A DNA stretch of 64,000 nt from positions 4,224,001 to 4,288,000 of the forward strand of contig OZ245742.1 of the NCBI GenBank assembly GCA_965227295.1. The letters run 5' to 3'. The DNA is from Leptonemataceae bacterium (GTDB lineage: Bacteria > Spirochaetota > Leptospiria > Leptospirales > Leptonemataceae). Every line of letters begins with the position of its first letter. The first letter of the stretch is position 1. Position numbers and translations under genes: made by a program. Positions 9,320-19,653 of the stretch are shown in pieces. Under the pieces are notes generated by a model that made no database searches, had not been told where the DNA came from, and saw only the letters and a program-made list of their open reading frames with translations.

Positions 9320-10207
9320 ATGGAGTTCCGGCAGATCCGCTACTTTCTTGAGATCCAGCGCGCCGGATCGTTCATGAAGGCGGCCGGTCGCCTGGGCCTT
9401 ACGCAGCCGGCCCTGTCCAGACAGATGATGCTCCTGGAACGCGAGATCGGCCAGCAGTTGCTGGAACGCGGAGCCCGGGACGTGCGTCTCACTCCGGCCG
9501 GTGAGACGTTTCTTCAGTATGCCGTGCGCCTGAACGATCTCTGGCGTGAACTCCAGGACTGCCTCAAGGAACCCGACGAAGAACCGACGGGGGAGTTCAG
9601 TCTCATCACCGGCGGCACCGTGGCCGCGTACGTGCTTCCGGAAATTCTGCGCCGCCTTCGCAAAAAATATCCCGGCCTGGTGTTTCGGGTGTACGAGGGC
9701 GACGCCCACGAAACCCGGGAAGCCCTGCTCCGGGGCGACGCCGATCTCGGCATCCTCACCGGCGAGATCAGCGAAAGCAGTACCCTCGTACAACGCCCGT
9801 ACCTGGTCGATCGCATCCTGCCGGTGGCCGCAAAGAATCATCCCATCTTCCGCAAAAAGAAACTCACCGTTGCGGACCTGGCCGGGGAAGACTTCGTGTT
9901 CTTTCATCCCGCCTCGGCGGTCCGCGGAGTCGTCGAAAAAAAACTGCGTTCCCTGCGGCCGCGTCTGAATCCCTCAATCGTAATGGAACTGCGATCGCTC
10001 CAGGGCGTGATTCGCAGCGTCGAGGCCGGTCTGGGCATCGGCTTCCTTTCCGAAGTTTGTCTCACACAGAAGCTGCGCCCCCTGCCGTTTGCGGAACTCG
10101 TAGCCGAACGCCAGTTTTACTTTTCGTACCGCCGCCACGGCCGCCCGGGCCTGGCCGTGCTCATCGAAGAGATCGAAAAACACACCGCCGGCGGCGGGGA
10201 CGAATAA
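9320..10207 (+). CDS. LysR-family transcriptional regulator
   Basis: GSFMKAAGRLGLTQPALSRQ HTH, LTPAG, substrate-binding domain. Confidence 0.95.
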   Translation: MEFRQIRYFLEIQRAGSFMKAAGRLGLTQPALSRQMMLLEREIGQQLLERGARDVRLTPAGETFLQYAVRLNDLWRELQDCLKEPDEEPTGEFSLITGGTVAAYVLPEILRRLRKKYPGLVFRVYEGDAHETREALLRGDADLGILTGEISESSTLVQRPYLVDRILPVAAKNHPIFRKKKLTVADLAGEDFVFFHPASAVRGVVEKKLRSLRPRLNPSIVMELRSLQGVIRSVEAGLGIGFLSEVCLTQKLRPLPFAELVAERQFYFSYRRHGRPGLAVLIEEIEKHTAGGGDE

Positions 10208-10292
10208 AAAAACGCATCCAGGTGCTTGTCCACGAAATCAAACGCGATCTTTCCATTAAGTAAACATGCTAATCAATTAAGGAGTTATCACC

Positions 10293-11165
10293 ATGAAACG
10301 TTTTACTGCTATCACGATCGTCCTCGCCTTCGCCGCTCTCTGCCACTGCCTGGCGGACGTCCGTCCCGAAGACCTCCGCGGCCCCGACGACCCGGGAGCG
10401 GCGGCGGCCGGTCGCGAATTGCTGCGCACGTCCATGGAGCGGGCCGGTCTCCGCGCCTGGCAGAAGCACGTGACGGCCAGCGTGGAAGTTGACGATACCT
10501 GGAACGGCATCGGGGCGCTCATCGGTCCCTGGCCGGAGAATCCGCAGAAGTTTCGCCAGGATTTTCTCCTGGGAACGTTCACTTCGCGCGTAGAATTACT
10601 GAGCGGCGAGGAACGCGGCACGGTCTTCGGCATGCAGAACTGGAAGACCTATGTCGCCGGCGCCGGTGGTGCGAATGCCAGGCACGAAGAGAATGCGGAC
10701 ATGTTCTTTCTTTTGCCGACGCTACAGTACTTCTTCGAGTTTCCGTTTCGCATCGACTCGGCCGATACCATCGTGGCGGCCGGAGAGCGCACGCTGGACG
10801 GTGTCACCTACGATCTCGTCTTCGCCACCTGGGGCGACCTCGAACCCAACGACCGGGTGGACCAGTACTTGATATACATTGAACGCGAGAGCGGACTCAT
10901 TCGCAAGTTGCGTTACACGGTCCGCGAGAGCGGTTCGTTCTTTGCGGGCACCATGCATTACGATGACTTTCGTAACGTCGACGGGGTGATGACGCCGCAC
11001 CGCCAGACCATCACGCTGGACGCGCCGGAGGACATCGACAGCCCGCAGGACGTCTTCGAAGACAACCTGCACGACATGATCATTGCCTCGATCAAATTCG
11101 ATGTCGTGAGGCCGGAAGAACTGACGCCGTTTCCCGGCGGCGGTGGCGGGGATTATAAGCCGTAA
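10293..11165 (+). CDS. Exported protein or lipoprotein of unknown function (LolA-like beta fold possible)
   Basis: Signal peptide ending ALCHC; YDDFRNVDGVMTP motif; GGAG RBS. Confidence 0.7.
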   Translation: MKRFTAITIVLAFAALCHCLADVRPEDLRGPDDPGAAAAGRELLRTSMERAGLRAWQKHVTASVEVDDTWNGIGALIGPWPENPQKFRQDFLLGTFTSRVELLSGEERGTVFGMQNWKTYVAGAGGANARHEENADMFFLLPTLQYFFEFPFRIDSADTIVAAGERTLDGVTYDLVFATWGDLEPNDRVDQYLIYIERESGLIRKLRYTVRESGSFFAGTMHYDDFRNVDGVMTPHRQTITLDAPEDIDSPQDVFEDNLHDMIIASIKFDVVRPEELTPFPGGGGGDYKP

Positions 11166-11173
11166 GAGTTTTT

Positions 11174-11201
11174 ACCACCGAGGCTCCGAGGACACCGAGA
11201 G
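11174..11201. repeat. Tandem CCGAGG repeat (family C), single arm
   Basis: ACCACCGAGGCTCCGAGGACACCGAG. Confidence 0.5.
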
Positions 11202-11237
11202 AAGAATTTACAGACGTTGGCGATGCGGGAATTCTCC

Positions 11238-11360
11238 GGGGGTGACGGAGAACCGCGAGTCCGGGCCAGGCTTGCCCGGAGGGTGAGCCGTTCGCCGCAG
11301 GCGAGGCCCGGACGTTCGCGCGCAGCGCGACGCGGGTCGGAGTCAGGGGGCGGAGCCCCC
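11238..11360. repeat. About 125-bp palindrome-rich dispersed repeat (family B), copy 1
   Basis: Closely matches the reverse complement of 39554-39677. Confidence 0.85.
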
Positions 11361-11376
11361 TCTTAAATAAGAATTC

Positions 11377-11817
11377 TTAATCTTCTTTCAGATTACTCTT
11401 GTACGCCTCATACACGACATCGAACTCCGGCGGCATGCTAATGGCGCGGCCGGCGGCCATATCGATCCACATGTGATGGCTGAGCCCGTCGGCCACGCAG
11501 CGGTTGTCCTTGATGTCCCACATGGAACAGCCGAGCACCAGCGTACGCCGCGTGATCTTCGTGGGGCCGATGCTAACTTCGAGATCCGCCGGGAACACGA
11601 CCTGGCCGCGGTAGTTGAACTCCAGCTTCGTGAGAATCATGGTGACGTTCTCGGGAAGTTTGTAATCAAAACGCCGGTGCAGATGAACCAGATACTCCGC
11701 CCGGGCCGTTTCGAAGTAGCGCGTGTATGACACGTTGTTGACGTGGCGCAGGGCGTCCATGTCCCCCCAGGCGACGCGGATCGGAACAGAGAAATCGTAG
11801 CGCTGTGGATGGGGCAT
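11377..11817 (-). CDS. Acyl-CoA thioesterase (4HBT/YbgC-like hotdog fold)
   Basis: VAWGDMDALRHVNNVSYTRYFETAR motif; start could be 11817 or 11832. Confidence 0.9.
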   Translation of the reverse strand: MPHPQRYDFSVPIRVAWGDMDALRHVNNVSYTRYFETARAEYLVHLHRRFDYKLPENVTMILTKLEFNYRGQVVFPADLEVSIGPTKITRRTLVLGCSMWDIKDNRCVADGLSHHMWIDMAAGRAISMPPEFDVVYEAYKSNLKED

Positions 11818-11833
11818 GGTACCACGTTCCAAA

Positions 11834-12340
11834 ATGGGCAGCAGCGTGTCAGATCAAATTCACATCACCATCCGCCGGGTCGAACCGGACGCCGACGAGT
11901 GCCGGCTCCTCAGCAACCTCGCAATTCGCTCGAAGGCCTACTGGAACTACAACGAAGAATTCCTGAATGCCTGCCGCGACGAGCTCACCGTGCGGCCGGA
12001 GTTTGTCCAGGACAACCCCACGTTCGTCATCGAATGCGACGGGCGCATCACCGGTTTTTATTCGATCGGCCAGGTCCTGGATAAACGCGACGACAACCGC
12101 TGCGAACTCGACTACCTCTTCGTCGAACCGAAGTGGATCGGCAAAGGCCTGGGGCGCCGGCTCATCGAACACGCCAAAGTCGAAGCACGGCGCATCGGCT
12201 ACGATCTGCTGGAAATCCAGGGCGATCCGAACGCGGAGCCGTTTTACCTGGCCGTCGGCGCCGAGAAGATCGGTAAGCGCGAATCGCTGAGTGTTAAGGG
12301 CCGCTACCTGCCGGTGTATGAGATCGACTTGCGAGACTGA
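11834..12340 (+). CDS. GNAT acetyltransferase
   Basis: RSKAYWNY, LFVEPKWIGKGLGRRL, DPNAEPFY; start uncertain. Confidence 0.9.
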   Translation: MGSSVSDQIHITIRRVEPDADECRLLSNLAIRSKAYWNYNEEFLNACRDELTVRPEFVQDNPTFVIECDGRITGFYSIGQVLDKRDDNRCELDYLFVEPKWIGKGLGRRLIEHAKVEARRIGYDLLEIQGDPNAEPFYLAVGAEKIGKRESLSVKGRYLPVYEIDLRD

Positions 12341-12657
12341 GTCGCACAACCGACTTCCGGGTCGAATTCCGCATACTCAGCAAAACGAAAATCCACAACT
12401 CTTCAGGTGCCGTAGAAAAAAAGCCCCTCACCGTTGCGCAACTCACTGAGTGTTTCCCGGGGAAAACCTTACGACCCCCGGCTCTTGAACGACCGGATAC
12501 GTTTTTCTCGTTTCGACCGGCACGAATCGTGGTGTAAGTGAAGACCGGTGTACATTAATAAGAATTTGGGTACAACTGGTTCCAGCTGACGCACGGAGGT
12601 CATGCCGGGGAACAAAATACGGCGGACCGGAACGGCGTCTTCGTCGAACTCCAAAGA

Positions 12658-13902
12658 CTACGATCGTCCATCAGTCACACTCCGCCACCGGCGCACCACA
12701 TCGTACAAAAACAACACGTACGCCAATCCCACGCACGAATGCATCAACGCCGCCTGCACGGCCGATTCGAACCATTCCGTAGGATACACGTGCAAATGCC
12801 GGCCCTCGTGGCTCAGAAATACAAACGCCGTGAACATATAAACAATTGATAAACGAAAGTTACCGGCCAGCAAATAGACGAAGATGATCAACAGCGGGGC
12901 GATGCGCTGGCCGCCCTGGGTCACCGAGAACACGAAAAAGAACGACGGCACGAGAATCAGCGCGTGCAAAAACGTGATGCGCCGGAAAAACAGCGCCGTG
13001 AGTGCGAGGCCCGTCATGGCGAACATAACGATGCGGTTCAGCCCCGTGAAGTACCAGGGATACAGGTGCCAGATCGAGAACCAGTGCGGCGGCGCGTTTT
13101 CGAGGCGGCCGCGGCGCTCCCAGCCCACGAGGGATTCCGGATAGTACGGCAGCATGCCGATGGCGAACACCGCGAAGAACAGAGCGATCGCCGCCCAGAT
13201 CTTCCAATCTTTGAGCACCGGCATCATCCAGGCAAGCGACAGTTCGCGGCCGTCTCCGACGTGCTTTGATCTGACATGATGCACCAGAACGACCGGCAAC
13301 AAAAACGCGGACACGCCGTTGAGCGCGGCGAGCAATCCCAGGAGCGGTGCCGTGCTGAGCAGGCCGCCGCCGTATCGATACAACGCAAAGATCAAAAACG
13401 GCAATGCGATGTACAGTGCCTTGTCCTCGTAGCTGCCGTGGAAGATGCGCCACCAGAGACCGTTCGCAAAAAACAAGATCAAAAAGAAAAAGAACGAGTA
13501 CAGCGGCAGGTCTTTGCGCCGGGTCAGGTAGGCCACCAGGCACAACGCGAGCGTGAGCCACACGAACGAGTACACCACGAAACCGTTCACGCCCCAGCGC
13601 GCGCCCATGATGTACAAATACTTATAAACGAGATGCTGCAGGCCCGGGTAGTCGAGCAGGCGCGGGTTTGCATGATCGTCACCGGCAATGCCGGCGACCT
13701 CGGGGATCGCGTACGGATTCGAATCGAAGACGTAGTCGATCATCGCGAAGTGATTGTAGATCGCGTAGTTGAAACCGAAGACGCCCAGTACGTTGATCTC
13801 GACGAACTTCACGAAGAGCGCGCCCAGGGCCAGAAACAACAAGAGCGCCGTCCACTGACGGCGCCCCATGATCGCGGTGACTGAGTAACCCGGCAAAGGC
13901 AT
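12658..13902 (-). CDS. Polytopic membrane protein, GT-C/GT87-like
   Basis: ATG overlaps the rpoD stop (TGATG); many TM helices; DYPG motif. Confidence 0.65.
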   Translation of the reverse strand: MPLPGYSVTAIMGRRQWTALLLFLALGALFVKFVEINVLGVFGFNYAIYNHFAMIDYVFDSNPYAIPEVAGIAGDDHANPRLLDYPGLQHLVYKYLYIMGARWGVNGFVVYSFVWLTLALCLVAYLTRRKDLPLYSFFFFLILFFANGLWWRIFHGSYEDKALYIALPFLIFALYRYGGGLLSTAPLLGLLAALNGVSAFLLPVVLVHHVRSKHVGDGRELSLAWMMPVLKDWKIWAAIALFFAVFAIGMLPYYPESLVGWERRGRLENAPPHWFSIWHLYPWYFTGLNRIVMFAMTGLALTALFFRRITFLHALILVPSFFFVFSVTQGGQRIAPLLIIFVYLLAGNFRLSIVYMFTAFVFLSHEGRHLHVYPTEWFESAVQAALMHSCVGLAYVLFLYDVVRRWRSVTDGRS

Positions 13903-15659
13903 CAGTCGATGTAGTCTTTGAGTTTGCGTGAGCGCGACGGATGCCGCAGACGCCGCAGGGCCTTCGCTTCGATCTGGCGAATGCGTTCGCGCGTTACCTG
14001 GAAGACGTAACCGACCTCTTCGAGGGTATGCGAGTAACCGTCGTCGAGACCGAAGCGCATGCGCAGAACTTTTTGTTCCCGCGCCGGCAGCGTGTTGAGC
14101 ACGGACTTGATCTGCTCGGACAACAGACGCGACGCGGTGGCGTTGACCGGCGACTCCACCTCGGTATCCGGAATGAAATCGCCCAGTTCGGAGTCTTCCT
14201 CGCTGCCCACCGGAACTTCGAGGGAGATCGGTTCGCGCGCCACGTTCTTCACGGCCTTTACACGCTGCACCGGCCAGCCCAGGCGCTCGGCAATTTCGTC
14301 GTTGGTCGGCTCCCGACCGGTCTCTTGCAAAAAGAGCCGCGTTTCGCGCACGACCTTGTTGATCTGTTCGATCATGTGCACCGGAATGCGAATGGTGCGC
14401 GCCTGGTCGGAGATGGCGCGGGTAATAGCCTGGCGAATCCACCACGTGGCGTACGTCGAGAACTTGTAGCCCTTCTTGTACTCGAACTTATCGACGGCTT
14501 TGATTAAGCCTATGTTGCCTTCCTGAATGAGATCGAAGAAGTGCATGCCGCGGTTCGCGTAACGCTTCGCGATCGAAACCACGAGGCGCAGGTTCGCCTT
14601 GATGAGTTCCTTCTTGGCCTGGGCGATTTCGCGTTCGCCCTTGTTCAACGATTCGCCCCAGCGCAGGATGTCCTGGATCGGGGATCCGGCTTCCTGTTCC
14701 ATGCGGCGGAGCTTTCTTTCGTTATTACGGATGTCTTTGATGACCTCGCGCACCTCTTCGATGTCGCAGCCCATCTCTTTTTCGATTTCGTCCAGGTTCT
14801 CGTTCTTCTCGATGAACCGGTTGAATGCTTTGATTTCTTTAATGTCTTTGCCGTATTTCGCTTTGATGCCCAGGAAGTGGCGCTGGATTTCTTTGATGCG
14901 GAAGACCATGGACTTGATCTTCTGCGAAATTCGCTGGATTTCTTTTTGCGAGACGCCCACTTCCCGCACGGCCGCGTCGATGACGCCGCGGGATTCGTCG
15001 GACTTTTGTTTGTACTCGCGCCACTTCTTCGAACCCTCCACGTATTTGCGGAGCTTCGAGTTGGCCTCGTTGAAGCGCTTCTCTTCGCCGGAGATGATTT
15101 CCATCTTCTCGAAAAAGATCTTTTCGAGTTTTTCCATCTCGGCCTGGCTGAGATAGTAAGCCTTGTTTACGCGCACGACGTCGGAGATTTTGATCTTCCG
15201 GGCGCGGATCTTCGGCATAAGCTTGAAGAAGTTGGCGCGGAGGAGCGACGATTCCAGGATCGTCTCTTCGATGATGTTCTCACCGTTTTCGATGCGCTTC
15301 GCCAGGAAGACTTCTTTATCGCCGGAGATGAGCGAGACCTTGCCGATCTCTTTCAAATACAGACGGATCGGGTCGTCGCTGATGGTTCCGGATCCGGAGT
15401 CCTTCTTCTTGCGAGTGACTTTTTTCTCGGGCTTCGGCGCCGGGGCCGGGGCCGGGTTTTCCTGCTCAATCGCCCTGCTGGAGTATTCTTCGACGACCTC
15501 GATGCCGAGCTGATTCAGTAGCGTGAAGACGTCTTCGATGCGCTCTGAGTTAACGATTTTCTCGGGGAGATATTCGTTGATTTCGTCGTAAGTGATTTCT
15601 CCGTTGGCCTTGCCGATCGAAATGATTTTCTGGATCTCGGGGAGGTCCTCCATCGCCAT
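13902..15659 (-). CDS. rpoD: RNA polymerase primary sigma factor
   Basis: [50 protein letters not shown]. Confidence 0.98.
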   Translation of the reverse strand: MAMEDLPEIQKIISIGKANGEITYDEINEYLPEKIVNSERIEDVFTLLNQLGIEVVEEYSSRAIEQENPAPAPAPKPEKKVTRKKKDSGSGTISDDPIRLYLKEIGKVSLISGDKEVFLAKRIENGENIIEETILESSLLRANFFKLMPKIRARKIKISDVVRVNKAYYLSQAEMEKLEKIFFEKMEIISGEEKRFNEANSKLRKYVEGSKKWREYKQKSDESRGVIDAAVREVGVSQKEIQRISQKIKSMVFRIKEIQRHFLGIKAKYGKDIKEIKAFNRFIEKNENLDEIEKEMGCDIEEVREVIKDIRNNERKLRRMEQEAGSPIQDILRWGESLNKGEREIAQAKKELIKANLRLVVSIAKRYANRGMHFFDLIQEGNIGLIKAVDKFEYKKGYKFSTYATWWIRQAITRAISDQARTIRIPVHMIEQINKVVRETRLFLQETGREPTNDEIAERLGWPVQRVKAVKNVAREPISLEVPVGSEEDSELGDFIPDTEVESPVNATASRLLSEQIKSVLNTLPAREQKVLRMRFGLDDGYSHTLEEVGYVFQVTRERIRQIEAKALRRLRHPSRSRKLKDYID

Positions 15660-15840
15660 TGCAGCTAACTCCTCTGTTCAGTGTGCTGATCGTGCTGATT
15701 GCCGATATCTCTCGAAACGGCTGTATCTTACGGAACGGTTCGGGGGCGCGAACGCCCTGTTTCAGTATTATCGATTCGGCGGTGCCGAAAAGCAACTCCC
15801 GGGGGTGAAAGAATCGTGCGGACGAGGTAAAAATGAGTGC

Positions 15841-17889
15841 TCAGCGTGCGGGCTGCCCTGAATTCCGTCGCATGGATTCCAGTTTTTTCAGTTCCTTTAA
15901 GAGATTTCCGTTTTCTTCTATAAGATACGATTGATCGATTGAATCGGCCACCGTGTAGCGACGCTCGTTTTCCGCTATTCTTTTTTTCAACTGGAGGATC
16001 TGATGCTCCACCAGCAAGTCGCGGAGAACGGAACGCTCCAGGTGAAAATCCCGATTCCCCCCGCCGTCCGATCCCGAGCCGGCCTCTTCGCGACGTAACA
16101 CGGCTTCCGTGAAGCCCTGCAGGGTCTCCTCCGGCAGTTCAAAGCGGCCGAAGTCGTCCGGCCGCCATAGATTACCGGTCAGGTAACGCGTTTCGAGATA
16201 ACGCCACAGAAACTCCGCCTGGGCGTCCTCAAATTCCACACCGGCCACATCCTGCTGGAACTCGCCGAAGATCGCCGGGGCGAACAACAATTCCAGGACG
16301 ATAGCCCGCTCGCACGAGGCAATCCGCCGGAGCAACGGGTCCGGGCGGCCACGGTTCTGGCGCTGCACGCCGACCGCACGGGCAGGCCGGGCCGGCTCGC
16401 CCGCGAACTCCGGGTCCGGCCCGGGGCCCTGCCCTTCCCGGGAACGCGCCGGTGCCGGACGGCTACCGAATGCGGCATCCCGGCGTACTCCAGGACGACC
16501 GGCCTGTTCCCATTCTCGCAAGACTTCCACCGGATTGAGTCCCAGCATCCGGCCGGCTTCTTCCAGCAAGAACACGCGATCCGACTCCCGACCGATCTCC
16601 CCCACGCCGGCAAACAGCCGATCCAGGCCCGGCCGCTTTTCCGTGCCCCGGGGCATGGCCGCCTGAAGTTCTCCCAGGTAAAACTCCCGGGCGTTGCGGG
16701 CGAACTCCCGGGGATCGTCCCATTGTCGCCCGTCGGCGAAACCGGCGAACCGATCGGGGAACATCGTTTCGAGCAGATAGAATTTTTCCGCCGGAATCCG
16801 ACCGTGCTCCAGCAGCTCCGCGATTTGTGGGGCCGGCGTTTTCATGGAAAGGTCGAAGGGATCGAGGCCGCCGGGCAACAGGAGGACCTGGGACCCCAGA
16901 CCGCCCTGCTCCAGGGAGAGGCGCGCGAACTTGAGCGCAGCGCGGCGCCCGGCCCCGTCGCCGTCGAAGATGCACAACAGTTTCGAAGAATAACGCGAGA
17001 TTAACTTTAAGTGATCCGCGGTTAGCGCGGTGCCCAGGGGCGCGCAGGCGTTTCGAAAGCCGGCCTGAGACAGGCCGATCACGTCCATATACCCTTCGAC
17101 CAGGATGCATTCGCCCTGCGAACGGATCTCGCTCATGCCGTGATACAATCCGTAGAGCACCCGGCTCTTATGAAAGAGCGCCGACTCCGGCGAGTTGATG
17201 TACTTCGCCGCCTTACGTTCCGGATCCGGATTGTCCTGGGGCATCGCCCGTCCGCCGAAGGCGACGGCCCGCCCCGCCCCGTCACGGATGGGAAAGAGGA
17301 TGCGATCCCGAAAGAAGTCGTACGGCGGCCGATCCTCGCGCCCCTGCTTGAGCAGACCGAGTTCCACGAGCTCTTTTTCATCGCCCTGGAACTTGTTCCG
17401 CAGCCACTCGAAGGAATCCGGGGACGCGCCCAGGGCAAACGTCTCGATGGTCTCGGAGGTCAGCCCGCGTTTCGCCAGATACTCGCGATTGCGTCGTCCC
17501 TCCGACGAGGCCAGGTAGGTCTGGAACGCGCGGAGCACGCGCTCGTTCAGTTCACTGAGTTTGTCCCGGCGATCATTGCCCCGCCCGCCCTTTTTCAAAT
17601 GCGCCGGTTTTTCGATACCGGCAAAACGCGCCAGGGTATCCAGGGCCTCGGGAAACGGCAGACCCTCGTGGTCCATGACAAAACGCAGCAGGTCTCCGCC
17701 CTTGCCGCAACCGAAGCAATAGAAGAAACCCTTCTCCGGCGTGACACTGAACGACGGCGTCTTCTCCGAATGAAACGGACACAGTCCGATCAGGCGTTTC
17801 CCCGCTCGTTTGAGTGCCACGGTTCGGCCGATGTAGGCCTCGATCGGCACCGCGGTCAGCACCTGTTCTTTGAAATCCTGAGAGTTCAC
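15841..17889 (-). CDS. dnaG: DNA primase
   Basis: CPFHSEKTPSF..CFGC zinc finger, KYINSPE, VEGYMDV, FDGDGAG TOPRIM. Confidence 0.97.
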   Translation of the reverse strand: MNSQDFKEQVLTAVPIEAYIGRTVALKRAGKRLIGLCPFHSEKTPSFSVTPEKGFFYCFGCGKGGDLLRFVMDHEGLPFPEALDTLARFAGIEKPAHLKKGGRGNDRRDKLSELNERVLRAFQTYLASSEGRRNREYLAKRGLTSETIETFALGASPDSFEWLRNKFQGDEKELVELGLLKQGREDRPPYDFFRDRILFPIRDGAGRAVAFGGRAMPQDNPDPERKAAKYINSPESALFHKSRVLYGLYHGMSEIRSQGECILVEGYMDVIGLSQAGFRNACAPLGTALTADHLKLISRYSSKLLCIFDGDGAGRRAALKFARLSLEQGGLGSQVLLLPGGLDPFDLSMKTPAPQIAELLEHGRIPAEKFYLLETMFPDRFAGFADGRQWDDPREFARNAREFYLGELQAAMPRGTEKRPGLDRLFAGVGEIGRESDRVFLLEEAGRMLGLNPVEVLREWEQAGRPGVRRDAAFGSRPAPARSREGQGPGPDPEFAGEPARPARAVGVQRQNRGRPDPLLRRIASCERAIVLELLFAPAIFGEFQQDVAGVEFEDAQAEFLWRYLETRYLTGNLWRPDDFGRFELPEETLQGFTEAVLRREEAGSGSDGGGNRDFHLERSVLRDLLVEHQILQLKKRIAENERRYTVADSIDQSYLIEENGNLLKELKKLESMRRNSGQPAR

Positions 17890-18003
17890 GACTCCCTACT
17901 ATAATACGACATAATCCAAAGGCGAATCTGCTCAGCACAGTGTACACTTTCAACTGCATTCAGGAATTTAAGTGTGCATAGTGATCCACGCTCCGGTGTT
18001 TAA

Positions 18004-18130
18004 CTCTTCGCGCCAGGGATACGCAGGATGCCGGCGCAAGCCGTCAGTCCGGAGCGCGAAGCGCGGAGGACCGAAGCGATAGCGGAGTCCGGAGTAGCCC
18101 GACCGACGCCGAAGGCGGCGGGAGCGCCCA
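18004..18130. repeat. Palindromic REP-like element (family A), full copy
   Basis: CTCTTCGCGCCAGGGAT head and GTCCGGAGCG..GCGGAGGACCGAAGCG core shared with 48651-48762. Confidence 0.75.
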
Positions 18131-18246
18131 AAACTAAAAAGACAAAGTATCTATGTCAGTAAGATCTTTGGGGCGTTCCCCTCGCTGCGCGAGGAGCCAA
18201 TCAAGCCTCTCTACCTCTCATCCTCCTGTGAAGAAGATCACAGGCT

Positions 18247-18702
18247 TCAGCCCTTCAGCTTCGCCATCACCAGGTTCTTCACGACACTGCCGTCGATATT
18301 CTGGCCCTTGAACTTACCCATCACCGGCCCCATGACCTTGCCCATGTCCGCGGGACTCGATGCGCCGGTTTTTGCCAGCACCTCGTCAATGGCCTTTGCG
18401 ATTTCCTCTTCCGGCACCGCCGGCGGCAGATAGCGCTCCAGGACTTCCAGCTCGGCTTGCTCTTTGGCCGCCATTTCGGCCCGGCCGCCCTTTTCGAACT
18501 GCTCCATGGCCTCTCGGCGTTTCTTGATCCCGCGCTGGATGATCTTCTCCACGGCGTCGTCGGCAATGTCGTCACTGCCGTCTTTGGTCATTTCGTACTG
18601 GAGATCGGATTTCAGCATGCGGAGCGTGGCCAGGTCGACCTCGGCCTTGCTCTTCATGGCCGCCTTCATGTCGGCCTGGATTTTCTCGTAGAGTTCACCC
18701 AT
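18247..18702 (-). CDS. GatB/YqeY domain protein
   Basis: DMKAAMKSK, KKRREAMEQFEKGGR, DMGKVMG; usual position between rpsU and dnaG. Confidence 0.93.
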   Translation of the reverse strand: MGELYEKIQADMKAAMKSKAEVDLATLRMLKSDLQYEMTKDGSDDIADDAVEKIIQRGIKKRREAMEQFEKGGRAEMAAKEQAELEVLERYLPPAVPEEEIAKAIDEVLAKTGASSPADMGKVMGPVMGKFKGQNIDGSVVKNLVMAKLKG

Positions 18703-18862
18703 GTTCGTCCTCGTTGTCTGGTATGATGCGCCGGCAGTACGCCCGGACATAGAAAATCCCCGAAATGCAACCAATTGAGGCCGCTCATCTTCGGGGATTC
18801 CCGGGGCTTTGACTGTCCGCCCGCCGGATAAGATTCGGAAAATATGTGCTATGAGGCGCGAC

Positions 18863-19075
18863 TCAGTTGTTGCGCTCTTTGCGGATCATCATGAGCCGCT
18901 TTTTCTCGCGTTTGCGGAGCGCTGCTTCCCGCTTGCGCTTCCGGCGCTCGGACGGTTTCTCGAAAAATTCCCGGCGCTTGATTTCGGACTGGATGCCCGC
19001 GTTGACACATTCGCGCTTGAAGCGCTTCAGTGCGGCGTCGATGGACTCGCCTTCTTTTACCTGTACTCCAATCAT
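18863..19075 (-). CDS. rpsU: 30S ribosomal protein S21
   Basis: [27 protein letters not shown]. Confidence 0.97.
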   Translation of the reverse strand: MIGVQVKEGESIDAALKRFKRECVNAGIQSEIKRREFFEKPSERRKRKREAALRKREKKRLMMIRKERNN

Positions 19076-19263
19076 TACAAACTGCTGTCCTGCCTCCGTA
19101 TTCCGGAAAGTAGGCGCCGGCGGCGCTGCATACTTTCGGGTTCTGCCAGTTTTTCAAGGGGGAAGGCAGAGTCAAGGGATTTCCTGGAAAGCCGGGTGTG
19201 CAGGCCTCCCGTCGTCCGGGGGCCCGCCGGCCCGTGTCCATTGCGAGCGACATGCTGACATGT

Positions 19264-19380
19264 GTACAGTAGTACCATTCACTGGTACATAAAATTATTA
19301 AAGTGAACATTTTCTCAGTTTGTACGAAAAAGTACTGTACCTTTGTACGACTTGTACCGTTAAACAAATCAGACATAATC
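19264..19380. promoter_or_regulatory. AT-rich promoter region with 8 GTAC sites and a GACATAATC motif
   Basis: GTAC at 19264, 19272, 19285, 19322, 19332, 19337, 19345 and 19354; possible TTGTAC-N16-CATAAT promoter. Confidence 0.6.
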
Positions 19381-19406
19381 CCTCAGCACCAGGAGATACA
19401 CGACAC

Positions 19407-19622
19407 ATGCAACTCGGTTCCGACGACTTTCGCAAACAACTCGCTCAGTACATCGACTTTCGCGGCATTGACATCGTCCTGCATCTAAAGGACGGTACCT
19501 GCATCGAACTCGACAAGAATCGCACCCTCGAAGGCGATGTAATCATTAAGAACGGTCGTGAGGGAACCGGTGCCAGCGTGCACATCGAAGAAGTCGTGAA
19601 AGCGGACTTCTTCGCGGCCTGA
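19407..19622 (+). CDS. Small hypothetical protein (71 aa), possibly Sm/SH3-like beta fold
   Basis: AGGAG RBS, own terminator, IVLHLKDGTCIEL strand pattern, ends in FFAA. Confidence 0.75.
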   Translation: MQLGSDDFRKQLAQYIDFRGIDIVLHLKDGTCIELDKNRTLEGDVIIKNGREGTGASVHIEEVVKADFFAA

Positions 19623-19631
19623 ACCAGACAG

Positions 19632-19653
19632 AACCGGCAGCGCCGGTTTTTTT
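19632..19653 (+). terminator. Rho-independent terminator between convergent genes
   Basis: AACCGGC-agc-GCCGGTT followed by a T run. Confidence 0.7.

Noticed and set aside
13903..14445. N-terminal extension of the 595-aa ORF
   Set aside because: Overlaps rpoD in another frame with Arg/Gly-rich junk; the real start is 13902.
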